Below are positions 17,596-30,900 of a DNA stretch of 64,000 nt, piece by piece. This DNA is from Bugula neritina (taxonomy: Eukaryota > Animalia > Bryozoa). The stretch covers positions 29,514,640 through 29,578,639 of the forward strand of contig OZ037766.1 in NCBI GenBank assembly GCA_964035545.1, read 5' to 3'. The notes under the pieces are model-generated. The model was not told the origin of the DNA. It worked only from the letters and a program-made list of their open reading frames with translations, and made no database searches. A program made the translations under genes and the position numbers. Numbering within the stretch: the first letter of the stretch is position 1; every line of letters starts with the position of its first letter.

Positions 17596-20000
17596 ATGTG
17601 TATTATATGTACATATTATTGTATATATACATGTGCAAGTCACCCAATCACTGGACCATAATAAATGCACCTAAATAATCAACGAACCATTGCAAGACTT
17701 AGGTCTTCATAAAAAAATGACATTACAAAACCTTCATGCCTCTGATTTCATAATTGACTATTAATTGTAGTTGGTTACAAAATTTAAGATACAATAGTTG
17801 GCTATCATATTTCTCTAAAAGTTCCCTTTCACGCTCTACATAGCAGAAATTATCCACGCCAATATCCTGGTACAAGGGAGGTGTCAAAAAAGAAAAAATT
17901 CCCTATTACCTTATAAGAATATAATAGTTTAGTATAATTCCTGGAACCAAATTGTCCCAATACATTTTATAGTTAACGATGATTTGTAGCACTCTAAACC
18001 TTACAACGTAAGTTTAGTCAGTTTAAAGTGACCCTGTAATATTGTATTATATCTCAGACAGCATCTCATCCAATTTATCACCTGCTTAGATTATTATGTT
18101 TGTTTTAATTAGACCATAAATTGCAGGTTTTGGTTATTTCACTTATTTAATTAGCATTACCTGAGAGCATGTATGACTAGCAGCGGAAATATATTATAAG
18201 ATTACTATATGTTACATTTTCTCTATAGCATAAATCTATGCGTACAAGTGTATGTTACAGTTGTGCTAAATTTGAGTTCAGCCATCAGCTAGTCACATGT
18301 AACAGCTAGTTATTGTGATAATATAATTTTAAAATACTAAATTTACTATTATTTTATAGCAATAGCTTTTCATGATGAATAATTTATAATACCAATGTAT
18401 CGAAAAGACGCGATATGTGCAACACATTTTAACTTTCATAAATAGGTCATGCAATTACTAACTTATCATGAAGAATCAACATGAGATGCAATATATTTTA
18501 GTTTTCCAACACGTCAATTGAGGAATTTTACAGAAATACAGAAACTCACATCTAGATCTTAGTTTAGCTCCATCACCCCCTCCGGAGCAAAAGGCGAAGA
18601 CACCAGCAACTATGAGATATATTGGTAGGTATCGCTGTACTGGGCAGTCACGGAGATACAAGGCACCTATAACAACAGTTTCATCAAATAGGCCAGCGTG
18701 AAACTTTCTACACATATTATATATTTAAATACAAATCATCTTCTAATTAAAAAATATTTCAATATTTATACTGAAGCTCTCTGAATGATTATATCTAAGT
18801 ATCTGCTGGCAACGTTTGAAAATATTTTTGTGAAAAAATCACAGACCCTTATTATACTTACTTTGATGTAAAACATAAGCTTTTCGGTATGCAAAATAAA
18901 TCAACCAAGGTGTCAGAAAATAGCAAACTGTTTCCTTGTTTACTAGATTTTAATGCTTTATATATGTAGATATTTGTCTCTTTTTGGTTCACACTGACTT
19001 TCAAATATCATGCATAGCCTACTTTTTAATTGTAATTTTTTTATTATTATTGAGGCCTTGCAGTGTTCTTGAATTGAGATAGTTTAGCAAAGTGCTAGCA
19101 TGCAATTTCTGTTAAGCTAGCTCCAAAGAAATGTATTGAACTTTATAAATTTATTGCTTCTGCCTTATAACTTTACCATAACTATAAGTGTATAATCTTT
19201 TGTTCATATATTTATAGCAATTAAGTCACAATAACCAAACTATAATAATTTGCGAACTTTAAATGACGCAGAAGTTGAAATACCTCAATCAGTTCAAATT
19301 TAATCTAGCTTTAGAAAACATGGATGTTAATAGCAGCCAGTTGAACGATGACCTAATCATGCACCTATATTTCATACATTCATAGTCATATATACATTCT
19401 TAGCTTTTCACAATAAAGCTTGACTACCTTTGAACATGAACCATGCAGCAAACAATGTGAAAAGAATAAAAATCTTGTGTTGCAGGTATTTATGTAGTTA
19501 TAAACTTTTGAAAAATATTCTATGCTATTTGGTTTTCCTATGAATGTATTTACACAATAATATTGTTTTAAGCAATTAGTGCAGTACGTGCAACTTTAGC
19601 GTATAAAATTTATAAAACAAATATAAGTCACGGCACAATATTGTAGCAATTATGATATCATAACATACTGTATTTATACCAAAATATTTTATAAATTATT
19701 ATATTTCTTCTTGTATGGCTGATGTCAAGGAATTTGAGCATGTTATTGTGAGTCATACTACGTAAGAGTTTGCAGAAAGGATGCTGTGTAGGTTTGTTAT
19801 TGTGGTAGAATAAATGTATACATCTTAATTCTTAAAATTTAGAGTACATTTGCAGTGTATGGTAAGAGGCAAGGCAAGTGGAAACAATACTCATGGTACT
19901 CTTATTACTTACCTACAGCTATTTCTCCGATAGACAAGGTAATACTAAGGAGAATCACTATGACTGCCACAATTATCAATATTTTCTTTCCTGCAGACAT
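14902..20000 (-). CDS. TMEM272-like membrane protein, paralog 3 (short form, ~168 aa)
   Basis: Exons 20000-19913, 18666-18550, 16664-16581, 15119-14902, phase-1 introns. Translation [53 protein letters not shown]...[15 protein letters not shown]...[13 protein letters not shown] probable 5' exon ends at 20831 (GTAAGT donor). Confidence 0.8.
16778..17595. repeat. Compound (CATA)n/(CACACATA)n/(GTAT)n/(TA)n microsatellite
   Basis: Seen directly; source of the spurious HTYI/CMYV ORFs. Confidence 0.98.
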
Positions 20001-22452
20001 TTTCCTAGCTTTATATCTGTAAAATATTGTTAAGTTGGATCTCATAAGACTTGACTGATTTAGAAGGAAACTTTAGTAAAAGAATTACGAATTTGTCTGC
20101 TATAATGTTTCAAAATAGTAGCAAAATATAATCAAGGTAAACAATTAGTGAGAGTGAGCTGGGTGTTGCTATATGACCAACTTCCCAAGTTCTTACTCTA
20201 AACCCCACCTTAAATTTTCAAACTAGTGAATAAAATTTGTGATCTAATTTTTTGCAGATATTTAGTGCCAATATTTAAAAAAAATTCAACTCAATTTTTA
20301 AACTTTCTACTTGTGAATAAATAAAGTGGAAAACTATACTTTGAAGTAAGCTACAGATCAAAATTATAGGCTTCTCATTTAATATTATAAAACTTAAAAC
20401 TGTATTTGTAAAAGTTATGCAGTTTCAACTTTAAGATCACCAAAGCACATTAATATAGCCAAATGTTAAAGTCAGCTATAATACAATATGCAACTACAAA
20501 AGAAGCAACTTTAAACACAAAGCTAAAATGAGTTTAAGGATTTGCCCAACTATAAAACTGCATTGCACATTATATTATGCATTACACTAAGCATTACTTT
20601 ATGCATAACGTAAACATTATAAACTAAATTTTATACAGTATACATTATACAAAGCACAATACATTATAAGTTATATCATTGTAAATGTAAATGAGTACAA
20701 CTCGTTATGTAGTGATAAAAATAAATTCCAATTAAATTGATATAGCAGTGAAATTATAGCAGTTTTGCTATTCTTTTAAACAACAGTAAGTCACACTGAT
20801 ATAGAGTTATAATCAACCCTGACAACTTACCGTTTGCCTGGTGGTGCGAAAAGAGGAGAACTGGGAAGTAAGGCCTGAAGCCTATATACTGAACTATTAT
20901 AGTAACCAGCTAGGCGGATGAATCTATATAGGTTGTTATGCACTGTAGATTCTGTACGATACATTGCACTCATTGAACTAGAAATAATTTAATCTCCAAC
21001 CAATCAAATCTTTCTGTAGCTGTAAATGTTCTGCACTGCATGGTTGTGCGGTTTTCAATCGCAGGCAATATCATATTATATGAAAATATAATTGTTTGGT
21101 GTGTCATATAAGTCATGCTAGTGATAATTCGTATTGTCTTTTTCGCACCTTGCAAAATATTATAAATCAAATGTAGCATGAGACGAACAGACTCTTATTA
21201 GGTGTAAATTTATTGTAGCATGGCGCTTCCCAAGGAATCATAAAGCATTAACACATGCATCAATAGCTTAATTAAATGACTCTCCATCAATTCCATTAAC
21301 GTGGCTCTTGAATCGTTAAAGCATAATCTTTTTGAAAAAAGGTTTATAAGCTTTAATCTCACCGGAGTAATTTTACACAAAAAGCAATAATTTAGGCTTT
21401 TTGAGTCAAATAGCTTTTTTTCATGTATGTTTATAATAAAGCGAAAATATAAAGTATGCATATATATATGAATAAATGTAAACAAACATATAAATGGGTT
21501 AGTCAAATAGACAATTCAAGAAGAAAAATGCTTGTAGACTGAGATCTCTCATAGCCATTGTATGGGACTAAGGTCGGGCTTTAGCTTACCAGCCCTTGAT
21601 AAGACTTTGATTTATAGGTAAAGAAAATTGGGTAATTTACTTGAAAACGTTAGTTTTAAAACAATTTTAATGAGCTGTTCTAACGGTCGATTTAGTTAAA
21701 ATAATCATAATGAAATTCTAACTTTAGTTGAATGAAATTGTATTATTGCCCAAATGCCACATGTTATCATAATATATATACAAAGAATATTTTGGGAGTC
21801 ATCTTACCTAGAAATACTATACAATTTGATTTACAGTGGAAAAATTAATTGTGCATTTGATCCTGTATTTTGCTGAATATACAGATATAAGGTGAATTAA
21901 TGTTAATAAAAGTAGTATATAATTAAAAAGCAGTATTGCTGAAGCTTTAAATCAAGCATTGTTTTACTACATTATAGGCGCAGCCTTCAAAATATAAGGT
22001 GTATATACATATAATATAGTCAAACAAGTAGAAGCATTACATCTATTGGTATTCCTCAATTAAGCTTTTTAAACCACACATTAAGCTGATCTTATAATAA
22101 TTTTACTTATAATTAACATGAGATAACTTTCAACTAATTGATATAACAGTAGTTGATGGTTCAGAAACTAAACAAAGTAACACATGCAGTTATAATTATC
22201 TGTTTTTATTCATTAAGATTATTTGATAAGCAGATGCAGTTATTTGCTTTACATGATAGCACAGCTTTATTCACATGTATTAGGCAGCAGAATATTGTTA
22301 TTAAAAGATTTGTAAAGTGTTGTTGAAGACAATATTTAAACAGAAATAAAAAAACAAAAAAAGGACTTTTAAAGCAGCTGCATGAAGTTTAGCACTGCAC
22401 TTATAGCTGTGCTAGAAACAGTGGAAAGTGCGAAAGGTGTTAGAGCGGTCTT

Positions 22453-24475
22453 TTATTTACTGCTGGACTCATTTTTATCGTTTCTCTTTATGTATTCCTT
22501 TAAAAGCTCAATCAGCAACTCTTTTTGCATTTCTTGCCTGAAACACAAAAGTTTGATATTTTGTTGGAAGTAGTATTTTGTTTTATAAGAATTATAGAAA
22601 CCACGTAAAATAATGAAATTCTAAAAAAAGCCCATGAGTATGCAAGCATATAATAATAATTTAGCTTGAAAGTAATTGAAAAGCTGCATGTTTTTTATTT
22701 GATCTACTCAATGTTGACTTTTCTAGAAAATTATCTGTTTATGCTTTACATCCATTGCATTATTGAGTCACAACATTTAGAAAGTTATACCACACATATA
22801 ACATGCTTTCAATACAATGATAAACTGACTCACATGAATATATGATATATAGAAAAGCTACATGTACATGTCTGTACTATTGTTTTTAGAGTCTGCGTTT
22901 GAAGTTAGAAAATGCAATTCCTTTTGTTATCTAATTTTAATAAAATAAGTATATAGTTTTGAATCTACAAACCCATCTAGAGGATCTGTTGGTGCTGTTT
23001 CTATCTCTAAGGGAAGGGATTCTCGTCCATAGTTTACACTTTCTTGCGTTGGAATGTCATAGTCACTGTATCGTCTTTCTAGACTACACCAGGTATTGAA
23101 AGAATGAACTTTATTACAAATAACTGAACACTAAAGCATGATAAATAACTAGTTTATAATTAAAATGCTTATAATATAATAATAAACTTTCTGGGTGTTT
23201 TATCTTCTCTCAATTTTTTTGCAGTTTTAAAGGACTAGAGCCATTATTAATTTAATTAAAGCATTCGGAATTATAAATTTAATAAATTTAAGACAATTGG
23301 TTAATTAATTTTAAATTTAAATAAATTTAAAAAGCATTATAAACTGCTCTAATATAGCGTTTCACACCTGTCATAAAATGGGTTTGAATCTTGAATCACT
23401 CTCTTTCGCTGACCACCCATATAACGAGCTTGACATATGAGCTGCCCTTGGCGGCAGCGACTGGTTGAAGCTCGTTTGACTAGAGGGTCCTCCCTATATG
23501 CTGCCGCTAGTGCATTCCACAGTTCTCTAGAAATCAAGACACAGCTCACTGTTAGATAAGTTTCATACACATAGCATTCATATAGCAATTATAATACTTA
23601 ATGCTGACTGCAAAGTTGTTTTAAAATGCTAAATTTTTAGTTTATATCCCTACGTCATTACAATGCTGGGCAAAAAAGTTCTAGAACAATTTTACTATTA
23701 CCTAATTTTTTATTAACTTTTATTAAGTTATATATATATATTTTTATAATAAATTTTCTTTAGGCTGAATGCAACAAAAAGAAACACTATTTTAGTATTC
23801 TAAAAAGCTTAATTAGGTAGAAAAATGTTTAATAAACTTTTGGAAGATTAGATTTATTAATGGCTTTATTGAAAATAAATATATTTTAATTGCTTGTTTT
23901 CAAAGTATTCTTTTATATGCTAAATACTGTTTGTTTGTAGATTAATATTTCTTATAGATATGTATTTCTTTAGAAACTCACTTTTAAACATAATTGGAAA
24001 AGAACTTTAGATTCATTATTTATCTAAGTTGTTTATTTACATATAGTAATGCTGAAAGCTATTTATTTAACTTATATCAACTAAGTTTTATTTCAAAGCT
24101 AAATATTTAATTCAAAATTACAATGAGGTATATTGATCACATATATCTGCATGTTTACCAGCGAAGCTAGCTACTGTTTACAAAACAATTTGCAAACTTT
24201 ATTATTTTTAGAGCCAAGTGCAATAAGACAACCTGAAATTGATTCAATTAATTTGTTGAATGTTCCATCCATCCTGTCAGAAAACTGTTATATAAACAGA
24301 TCGTGCAAGGCCATTTCTAGACAATTTTATGTTGCATGAATATAAGTTTAAAAAGATACATAAATACAAACTTTTCGGAAATTTGGTGTGTTGCAGAAAC
24401 GCTGGTATAAGTCAGGCAGCAACATCCAATGACCATCAGCATCATTAAAACATGCCTGTTAGTGCTGTCACCCAT
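22453..24475 (-). CDS. Putative neuropeptide/peptide-hormone precursor (152 aa, 4 coding exons)
   Basis: Exons 24475-24372, 23526-23368, 23083-22973, 22537-22453; three phase-2 GT-AG introns; 459 nt, open to TAA. Translation MGDSTNRHVLMMLMVIGCCCLTYTSVSA-THQISEKELWNALAAAYREDPLV-KR-ASTSRCRQGQLICQARYMGGQ-RKR-VIQDSNPFYDSLE-RR-YSDYDIPTQESVNYG-R-ESLPLEIETAPTDPLDGQEMQKELLIELLKEYI-KR-NDKNESSSK. Signal peptide ending V-S-A and several basic cleavage sites. Confidence 0.75.
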
Positions 24476-25940
24476 CTTTGATCAAATTACCTTTGCAGAA
24501 TTTGCTACAAAAGGCCAATAATTTTTTTTATAAATATGCTTCACAACTGATAACATGCTTGACCTAGCTGATTTTTTATCTTGTGTTTATTAGTCGATTT
24601 TGACTTTTAGCATATTATACGAATGAATTAGGTACAAATGAACATAACATTCTAAAATTAATGATGAGAGGTTACAAGCTGTTGTTACATTGTAGGAGTT
24701 GTCTTCCCTGCTTCGAGTGTTGCAATTGTTAAAATATTTTCGTAGTTTTCTACTCCTTGACATTCCTTTTGATGTTTGACTAGCTCACCATTTACAGCCT
24801 CATATTGATAAGGCTTTAAGTTTTGGAACTAAGAGCTAATCTAACGTGGACGTCCTCTTGAATGGGGTTGTAATGGAATAGAGACAAAGGCTCACTGAGA
24901 TATAGAATAAACTAGAACTTTAACACTCACTGTTTCACTGTTTTTCAAAAATAGTAGTTAATGGAGTAGAGACTTTTTAGGTCAAGTTATAGTCGTAGAA
25001 GAAATGACTATACACTAGATTTACATAAGTTCATAAATTTAACACTTCTAACAATAAAAGAGCCAAAATAAAAAATTCAACTTATTTTCTTAGTAATTAT
25101 AACGCAGCTCTTGTTTTAATATATTCTAACTTTTTACTATTTCAATATAATTTATAGTTATGAGATAATCTAGCGTTTTAAATTGAATGTTTGGTTTTAT
25201 TAAAATTTTGGCATAACAACGGGGAGCTATAGTACACAAAAAATTTCCCCTGTCACCATCATGGTCTTTATTAACACCCCCATGACAACTAAGCAGCTTT
25301 AAATTTTGCGCATCTTATTTTATTGACAATATTGATGGAATATGGAAGGAGATCCAAATGGTTCTTGTTATATGTTTATAGGTAAAACTCTAAGCACATG
25401 GTTAACACCTGCAGTACAATAAATTTTTTTGTTACACCTTTACTATTTTGAGACTATAGAGCTATAATTAGCGCACAATAAGTTATACAAACATTATGAG
25501 ATATTATTATTACATCTGTTAGTTTATTATGGCGTACATTCCCTATTCCTATTTTGAAATAATATATTCTCTATATTATAGATTAATTCCATGCTGATTA
25601 TGGTAATAACGTTTTGCTAATTGACCAACAATGTTGAAGCTCAGTTATGCAATAATAAAATAATATACAGAACGCCAGAAATTTAATATATTTCAAGTAT
25701 AATTTAACATTTAATGCTCGGTTTTATTGAAACACGTGCTATTAAAATTACTGCGAATTGAGTTTATACTTATTTTCCCATTATAATATTTTATAAGATT
25801 TTTTTGATCTATATAGTCAAAATTAAAATTTAACCAATGGATTTAACTTTCTTTAACTTAGCAAAACTTTACTTACCTTAAACTATTATAGCCAATTGAA
25901 TAAAATTTATATTTATTCATTATTGAATTGGATAACTTAC

Positions 25941-26130
25941 TTCAACGTGGTATATACGTGTAGACAATTCTTGAGCAAGCGCCTGGGAAGCAAATGTGCC
26001 TTAGCTGATGAAGGGGTCTTTCATGTATAAACACGGAGTAGTGGATAGGAGTGATTGCGTAGATACGATGAGTCGGAACTGTTTGTGTTGACGTGATGAG
26101 TGGGCTGTCTGTTGTATCAGTACTAATCAC
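25941..26130 (-). promoter_or_regulatory. Candidate non-coding first exon and promoter of the prepropeptide gene, with a CRE-like site
   Basis: GC-richer island ending in a consensus donor (GAA|GTAAGT, exon end 25941). TGACGTGA at 26089-26096. The ATG exon has its own acceptor (exon start 24504), so an upstream UTR exon is expected. Confidence 0.4.
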
Positions 26131-27559
26131 TTTAAATTGCATCTCTTACAACTTATTCAAGAGTCTCTCTTCCCATCCTCTCTTTATCTCAAGTACTCTC
26201 AGCTAATCTTTATTATAGTAGCCATGTGCTATAGAAAACTCTGATGCAGTAAGCATGTGATGTAGATAGACTGAAAAGTAGGCTTGTTTATTACAAGTTT
26301 TTCTACTAGATGGGCTTTTACACAGGATTACTTTGATACAAAATATTTACAAATATTTTACTTCAAAGAAAACATTACTATTGCATAAAAACATGGCGCA
26401 ACTTTATTATTGCAATTGTTTATAATATAACTTGCACAAAATATTTAAATTTTGATAAAATGTTTTTTACAATTTCTGTGACATTATTAGCTTAATGATA
26501 GCGTTTTAATCCTATAATTAAGCACAGGAATTCGTGAAGTTCTATAACTGCTAAGAAGCTTCTATAATATCTTCTATATTATGATGATCCAACACTATGC
26601 TATGGCCCAGCAACTGTTTTAGCTTATATAAATGCAAAAGCTGTCTTTAATTAGCCTGACTATAAAGATGACATCACGGAGTTGAGTTAAACAGCAGCTA
26701 CTATATATAGGTTTGTGTCAATCAATGTTTGAGTGACATGCCTTGTTGCACATCTGAGAGTAGCCTTTGATCTGTTGGAGATAGCCTGAGCTCTAACTTC
26801 TGTGTGTTCTGTTATCCGCAGCCACGCTTTTTAGTTTTTACTCTCTAGATGTAAAATACCGTTTCAGCCCAACGTCTTTCTAGGATAAAGCGTAATTAAA
26901 GATTTTAAATATTTAGCTTTTGTTTGGAGATGGGTTGTGGCTGGCATGGAAACAGAGAATCTACTATAATTGTTATCCACAATACACTCATTTTTCTTTT
27001 TGTGTTGGGTAAAAATGATTTTTTTTTCTTCACTATTGCATGTAGTTGCATTATGATAACTTTAGATGGTATAAAGCAATGATACATCACCACAATTGTT
27101 ATATCTTCCACTTGAATAAAGTTGCAAAGTTGTAAAGTTATTGTTACTCGATGACATTTGCACCAACTGAACTGGCCACCATTAGTATCAAGTGCAATGA
27201 GTTATTACTTATTGAGTCACAGAGCCGTTATAAACTTACTAATCTGTCTGACTCAATGATTTTTTTGATGCTATTTGGGTGCAGTTCTCTTTGAAAAACC
27301 TTTCTTTAGATTTATACTGTGAAAAATTGTTCTCTTATCATAGTTTACAAAATTAAAGAAACTTTTCATTGCAGTAAAAACTCTATTAATGAGTTTGAAT
27401 GTACATGATGAGTGAAAATACACAAATAGCTAAAATTTTGAAAGACCTTATTGTATAAATATATATATAGTTATATATCTTGAACACATAACTTGAAATT
27501 ATTTGATGTTATGTTGAATAACACAATTTGTAAAATAAGATATGTCATTCCAGGTATCA

Positions 27560-27925
27560 TATAAGACGCTTCCCACTTTATAGACGCTAGGCTAAATTAC
27601 CCACTTCGAAGCTCCCCACTTGGACACTTCCTATATAGTTATATAGACGCTATATATATTTATTTTGTTACAATATATACTTTTCATATGCAATTTATTT
27701 AAATATTATTGAAATATATGTATATTTAAATAAATTTGAATCAGTTGTTTGTTATTTAGCACATTAATAAACTTCTGTGATCTGCATTAACTTATTAATT
27801 TTTCGTTTTCTATACTTGGCGTTGGTAAAGATATTTTGTTAATAAGTAAATTAAATTAAATTAAATAGCATCTAATTGGGAAGCTTCCAAGTGGGAAGCG
27901 GCTATCTAAGGTGAGACCGTATATG
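27560..27925. mobile_element. Degenerate MITE-like element with inverted subterminal CCCACTT repeats
   Basis: Left end has several gcttcccactt/cccactt units (27567-27630). Right end has the reverse complement gcttccaagtgggaagcg (27883-27900). AT-rich core in between. Confidence 0.4.
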
Positions 27926-30900
27926 AAAGCTTATTGGCATATATTTTGGCAACGACAGATCATAGCTATACTTGGATTATAGTATAAAATCTTCTTTCAA
28001 CCAAATAGATATGCTTCGGCTATAATTATAGTTACTCATATAATATACAATGCTGTTGTAAATTATATCAGATTTTGGCTATTCACAATTCCTCCTGATA
28101 AAAATAACTTGATGATTTATGAGCATAGATATTTTATAAGCAACTAGATAGAAAACCAATGTGATATTTTTATTTTATTAAAAAGTATTGCCTAGTATAT
28201 AAACAATCAACGTATACAACTGCTACTTAGACATATCTTTTTATATTTATCTATATAATTGATCTAATGAAGATAAGTATAGTTAAAAGTATTTAGTCAC
28301 TCATTGCAAAACTTAGTAATTTGTCATAGTAACTTAAGCAAGTCCATGCTGACTGCTATAGCTGGCAATTTATACAGAATGCCCTCCTATTGGTTAATAT
28401 TTTTCTGCCTCTAACTTTAGAGCTCTCTTTGCATAGTCCTGTGTATAGAAGGTTAGAGAAATTCACCAATTAGAAATCAATAGTTTTCTTTATTGAATCT
28501 AATAACGTCAAGTGAAATCTAAAATTACACAATAATAATCTTTCAACAGCATAATATTATTTAATAATATAATTGTTTGTTCAATAGGAAAAATATAACT
28601 TTGAAAAATTACAGAAACTTTAACAACATGACACATAACCACACAAATAATTTTCATAGTACAAAAAAGTAAAAAACATACATTTGTAAGTTATACAACA
28701 CAGTACTATCTCTATTTTCTATCTTATTATAAATACTATTATAATATCTTCTAATCTGTAACTGGTCAGTTCAGCTGCTATATAGGTGTGAACTAGCAAC
28801 TTTAGGAGTTATTGCTAGTATAGTACCTAATTTTAGCATCTGAAATAGCCCCTTTTCCCATTCATCAAGGCAAAGGTAGCCCAGGCACGTCCAAACCTAT
28901 TCATGACAGCTACAGATGATATTAGCTACGGTGTTGTTTGAACAGAAATTAATTACAGTAACACTCTGGTCTAGTTGTTATAGAAGCCAAGGTTATCTTA
29001 TAGCCAAACGCGTGCTTATTCACTCAAGAAAAGCTACCTCGATGATAAATTTACTAGTCAGGACTGAAACATTTCAACAGATTTTATGTTTATTATTTTA
29101 TATCACAGATCAAAGTAATATTTTTGTCAACAACCAATTTTAATTTGTTTCGCTTACAAATTGGATAATTATTTATACAAATTTTAAATTTGGCTGAAAT
29201 ATGCAATATTATATATATATATTCGTAATCAAATAAACTCTGTTGTTCGGATGCAAAATCTTTTATCTAATTTGAAAATTTAATAAACTGATGATGTAAA
29301 TGAATTCAGTCACTGGTATAACAGACATACACAATATGTAAGCTTCATTACCTATAACAGCTAAAGGCAAAAACATATAGCCTTAGGGGAATCACTATGG
29401 AGTTTGAGGTAGGGCAATGTGTCACCTCAGGTGGCTGGGTGTGTATATAGCCTTAGGTGGAAGTTGATACAAGTTATGCTTTCCACAAATAAGCTGTCAT
29501 TCATAGACAATGAAATACAGCAAAGTTATACAGTATATACCACAATGTTGACCACAAATAGCTGTTCTTATCTTTGTAACTCTCTGTTTTTGTGTATGTA
29601 AACAAATATTTACATTGATGGGTACAGCAAGTTTTTTTGCAAATAACTACTCACTACAAATATTGTCTTAGAGATAAAATTTTAAGTGAAAGTATTAGAA
29701 AGATTGAGCCAAGGGCTTCATTATGTGGCTGATAAGATATTATCTCTACCTGGTGTAACGTTTACTGCTATAATTAATTAACATACTTATGCTTTTAGTT
29801 ATTTAGCTAGCTTTTAAGCATGAAAAACAAACTAGAGTAATGCAAAGTAAGACAGTATGCTTTTATTGCAGAAAATGTTTGAAATCACTCACAAGATGCA
29901 ACTAAATTAGTATAAAATACGGCGAGGAAATTTCTAGACAACATACAGGATAATAAGAATATACTGCCTTATAACTTTAAGAGAGCTCAAAATAAATATT
30001 TTTTTCGATCAGCTTATATTATATTATTATCTTCACAGTAGCTTAGAGAAGTAACCTATGGTGCAACAACTCCTTGAGTCATAACCATTAGATTCATTAC
30101 TAGACCTAACATGCATATGAAATATATGTAGCTTCAGGTAGGAGAAGGGGTGTGGCCTCTAGCTGGTGAGTAAGAAGTTTTAGGCAGAGAGAAGGGTGTG
30201 GTCTCGGCGGAGGGGGTAAATTGAATTTATAGCCTAAAATTTCAATTACGAGTTTCTAAGAATATTGTTACAAATCAAATTATAAAAAAGAAGATGTTAA
30301 TTAAGACTGAATTTGACTTTATATTGCATATATAGGATCTGTACTAAAAATAATCACCAGAAAATTGTTCCAGCATAAACACAATTATATACAACAACAA
30401 ATAATGCCCAAGATCAAAAAATTATTATATGTATACTTTACTAAACAAAGGACCACATGCTTTAATAAGCTAAATAATATATTATACTGTAGTTATAATT
30501 ACAAAATATAATAAAATTCACAGTAGCACCTGCAATAATATCTTGTATAGATCATATAGAAATAAAATGTTTATTGTTACTGCATCACATTAAGGCATCG
30601 TTTGTTTATCAGCAAATGTTTTACATGCTTTGCTAGTGGTTAATTTCGGCTATACTCAAAATAGGATTTAGTAGAGGACGACTCCTAATGCAACTGAAAT
30701 AATATGTTTCCGGTGAGCAGTTATTCTATAATATATTTTTTATTTTTATAATGCTTTAGTTAAATTAACTGCGAATACGGTAAAACACCATTTGAAAAAA
30801 CTAGTATTTAAGCTATACAATACAGATATAAGTTACTGCATACTGTAGGAACACACTACGACTATTTGTAGGATATATGATGTCTTGAAATTATCATTCT

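Noticed and set aside
16559-17670. Long HTYI/CMYV ORFs up to 345 aa
   Set aside because: Stop-free compound microsatellite in an intron. The unique start of the + ORF is only the antisense of a TMEM272-like exon.
20831-20964. In-frame upstream ATG that could extend TMEM272-like paralog 3 by ~50 aa
   Set aside because: No similarity to the N-termini of paralogs 1 and 2, and an initiator-like TCAGT at ~20890 suggests transcription starts downstream of that ATG; treated as UTR.
23376-23462. Resemblance of the Cys peptide plus RVIQDSN to calcitonin-type peptides, and of RYMG to whitnin
   Set aside because: An RKR site interrupts the region, there is no C-terminal Pro-amide, and Cys placement differs from whitnin; too weak for a family assignment.
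24789-24894. Exon-like segment upstream of the prepropeptide ATG exon
   Set aside because: Stops in all three frames; at most an optional UTR exon, unsupported without transcripts.
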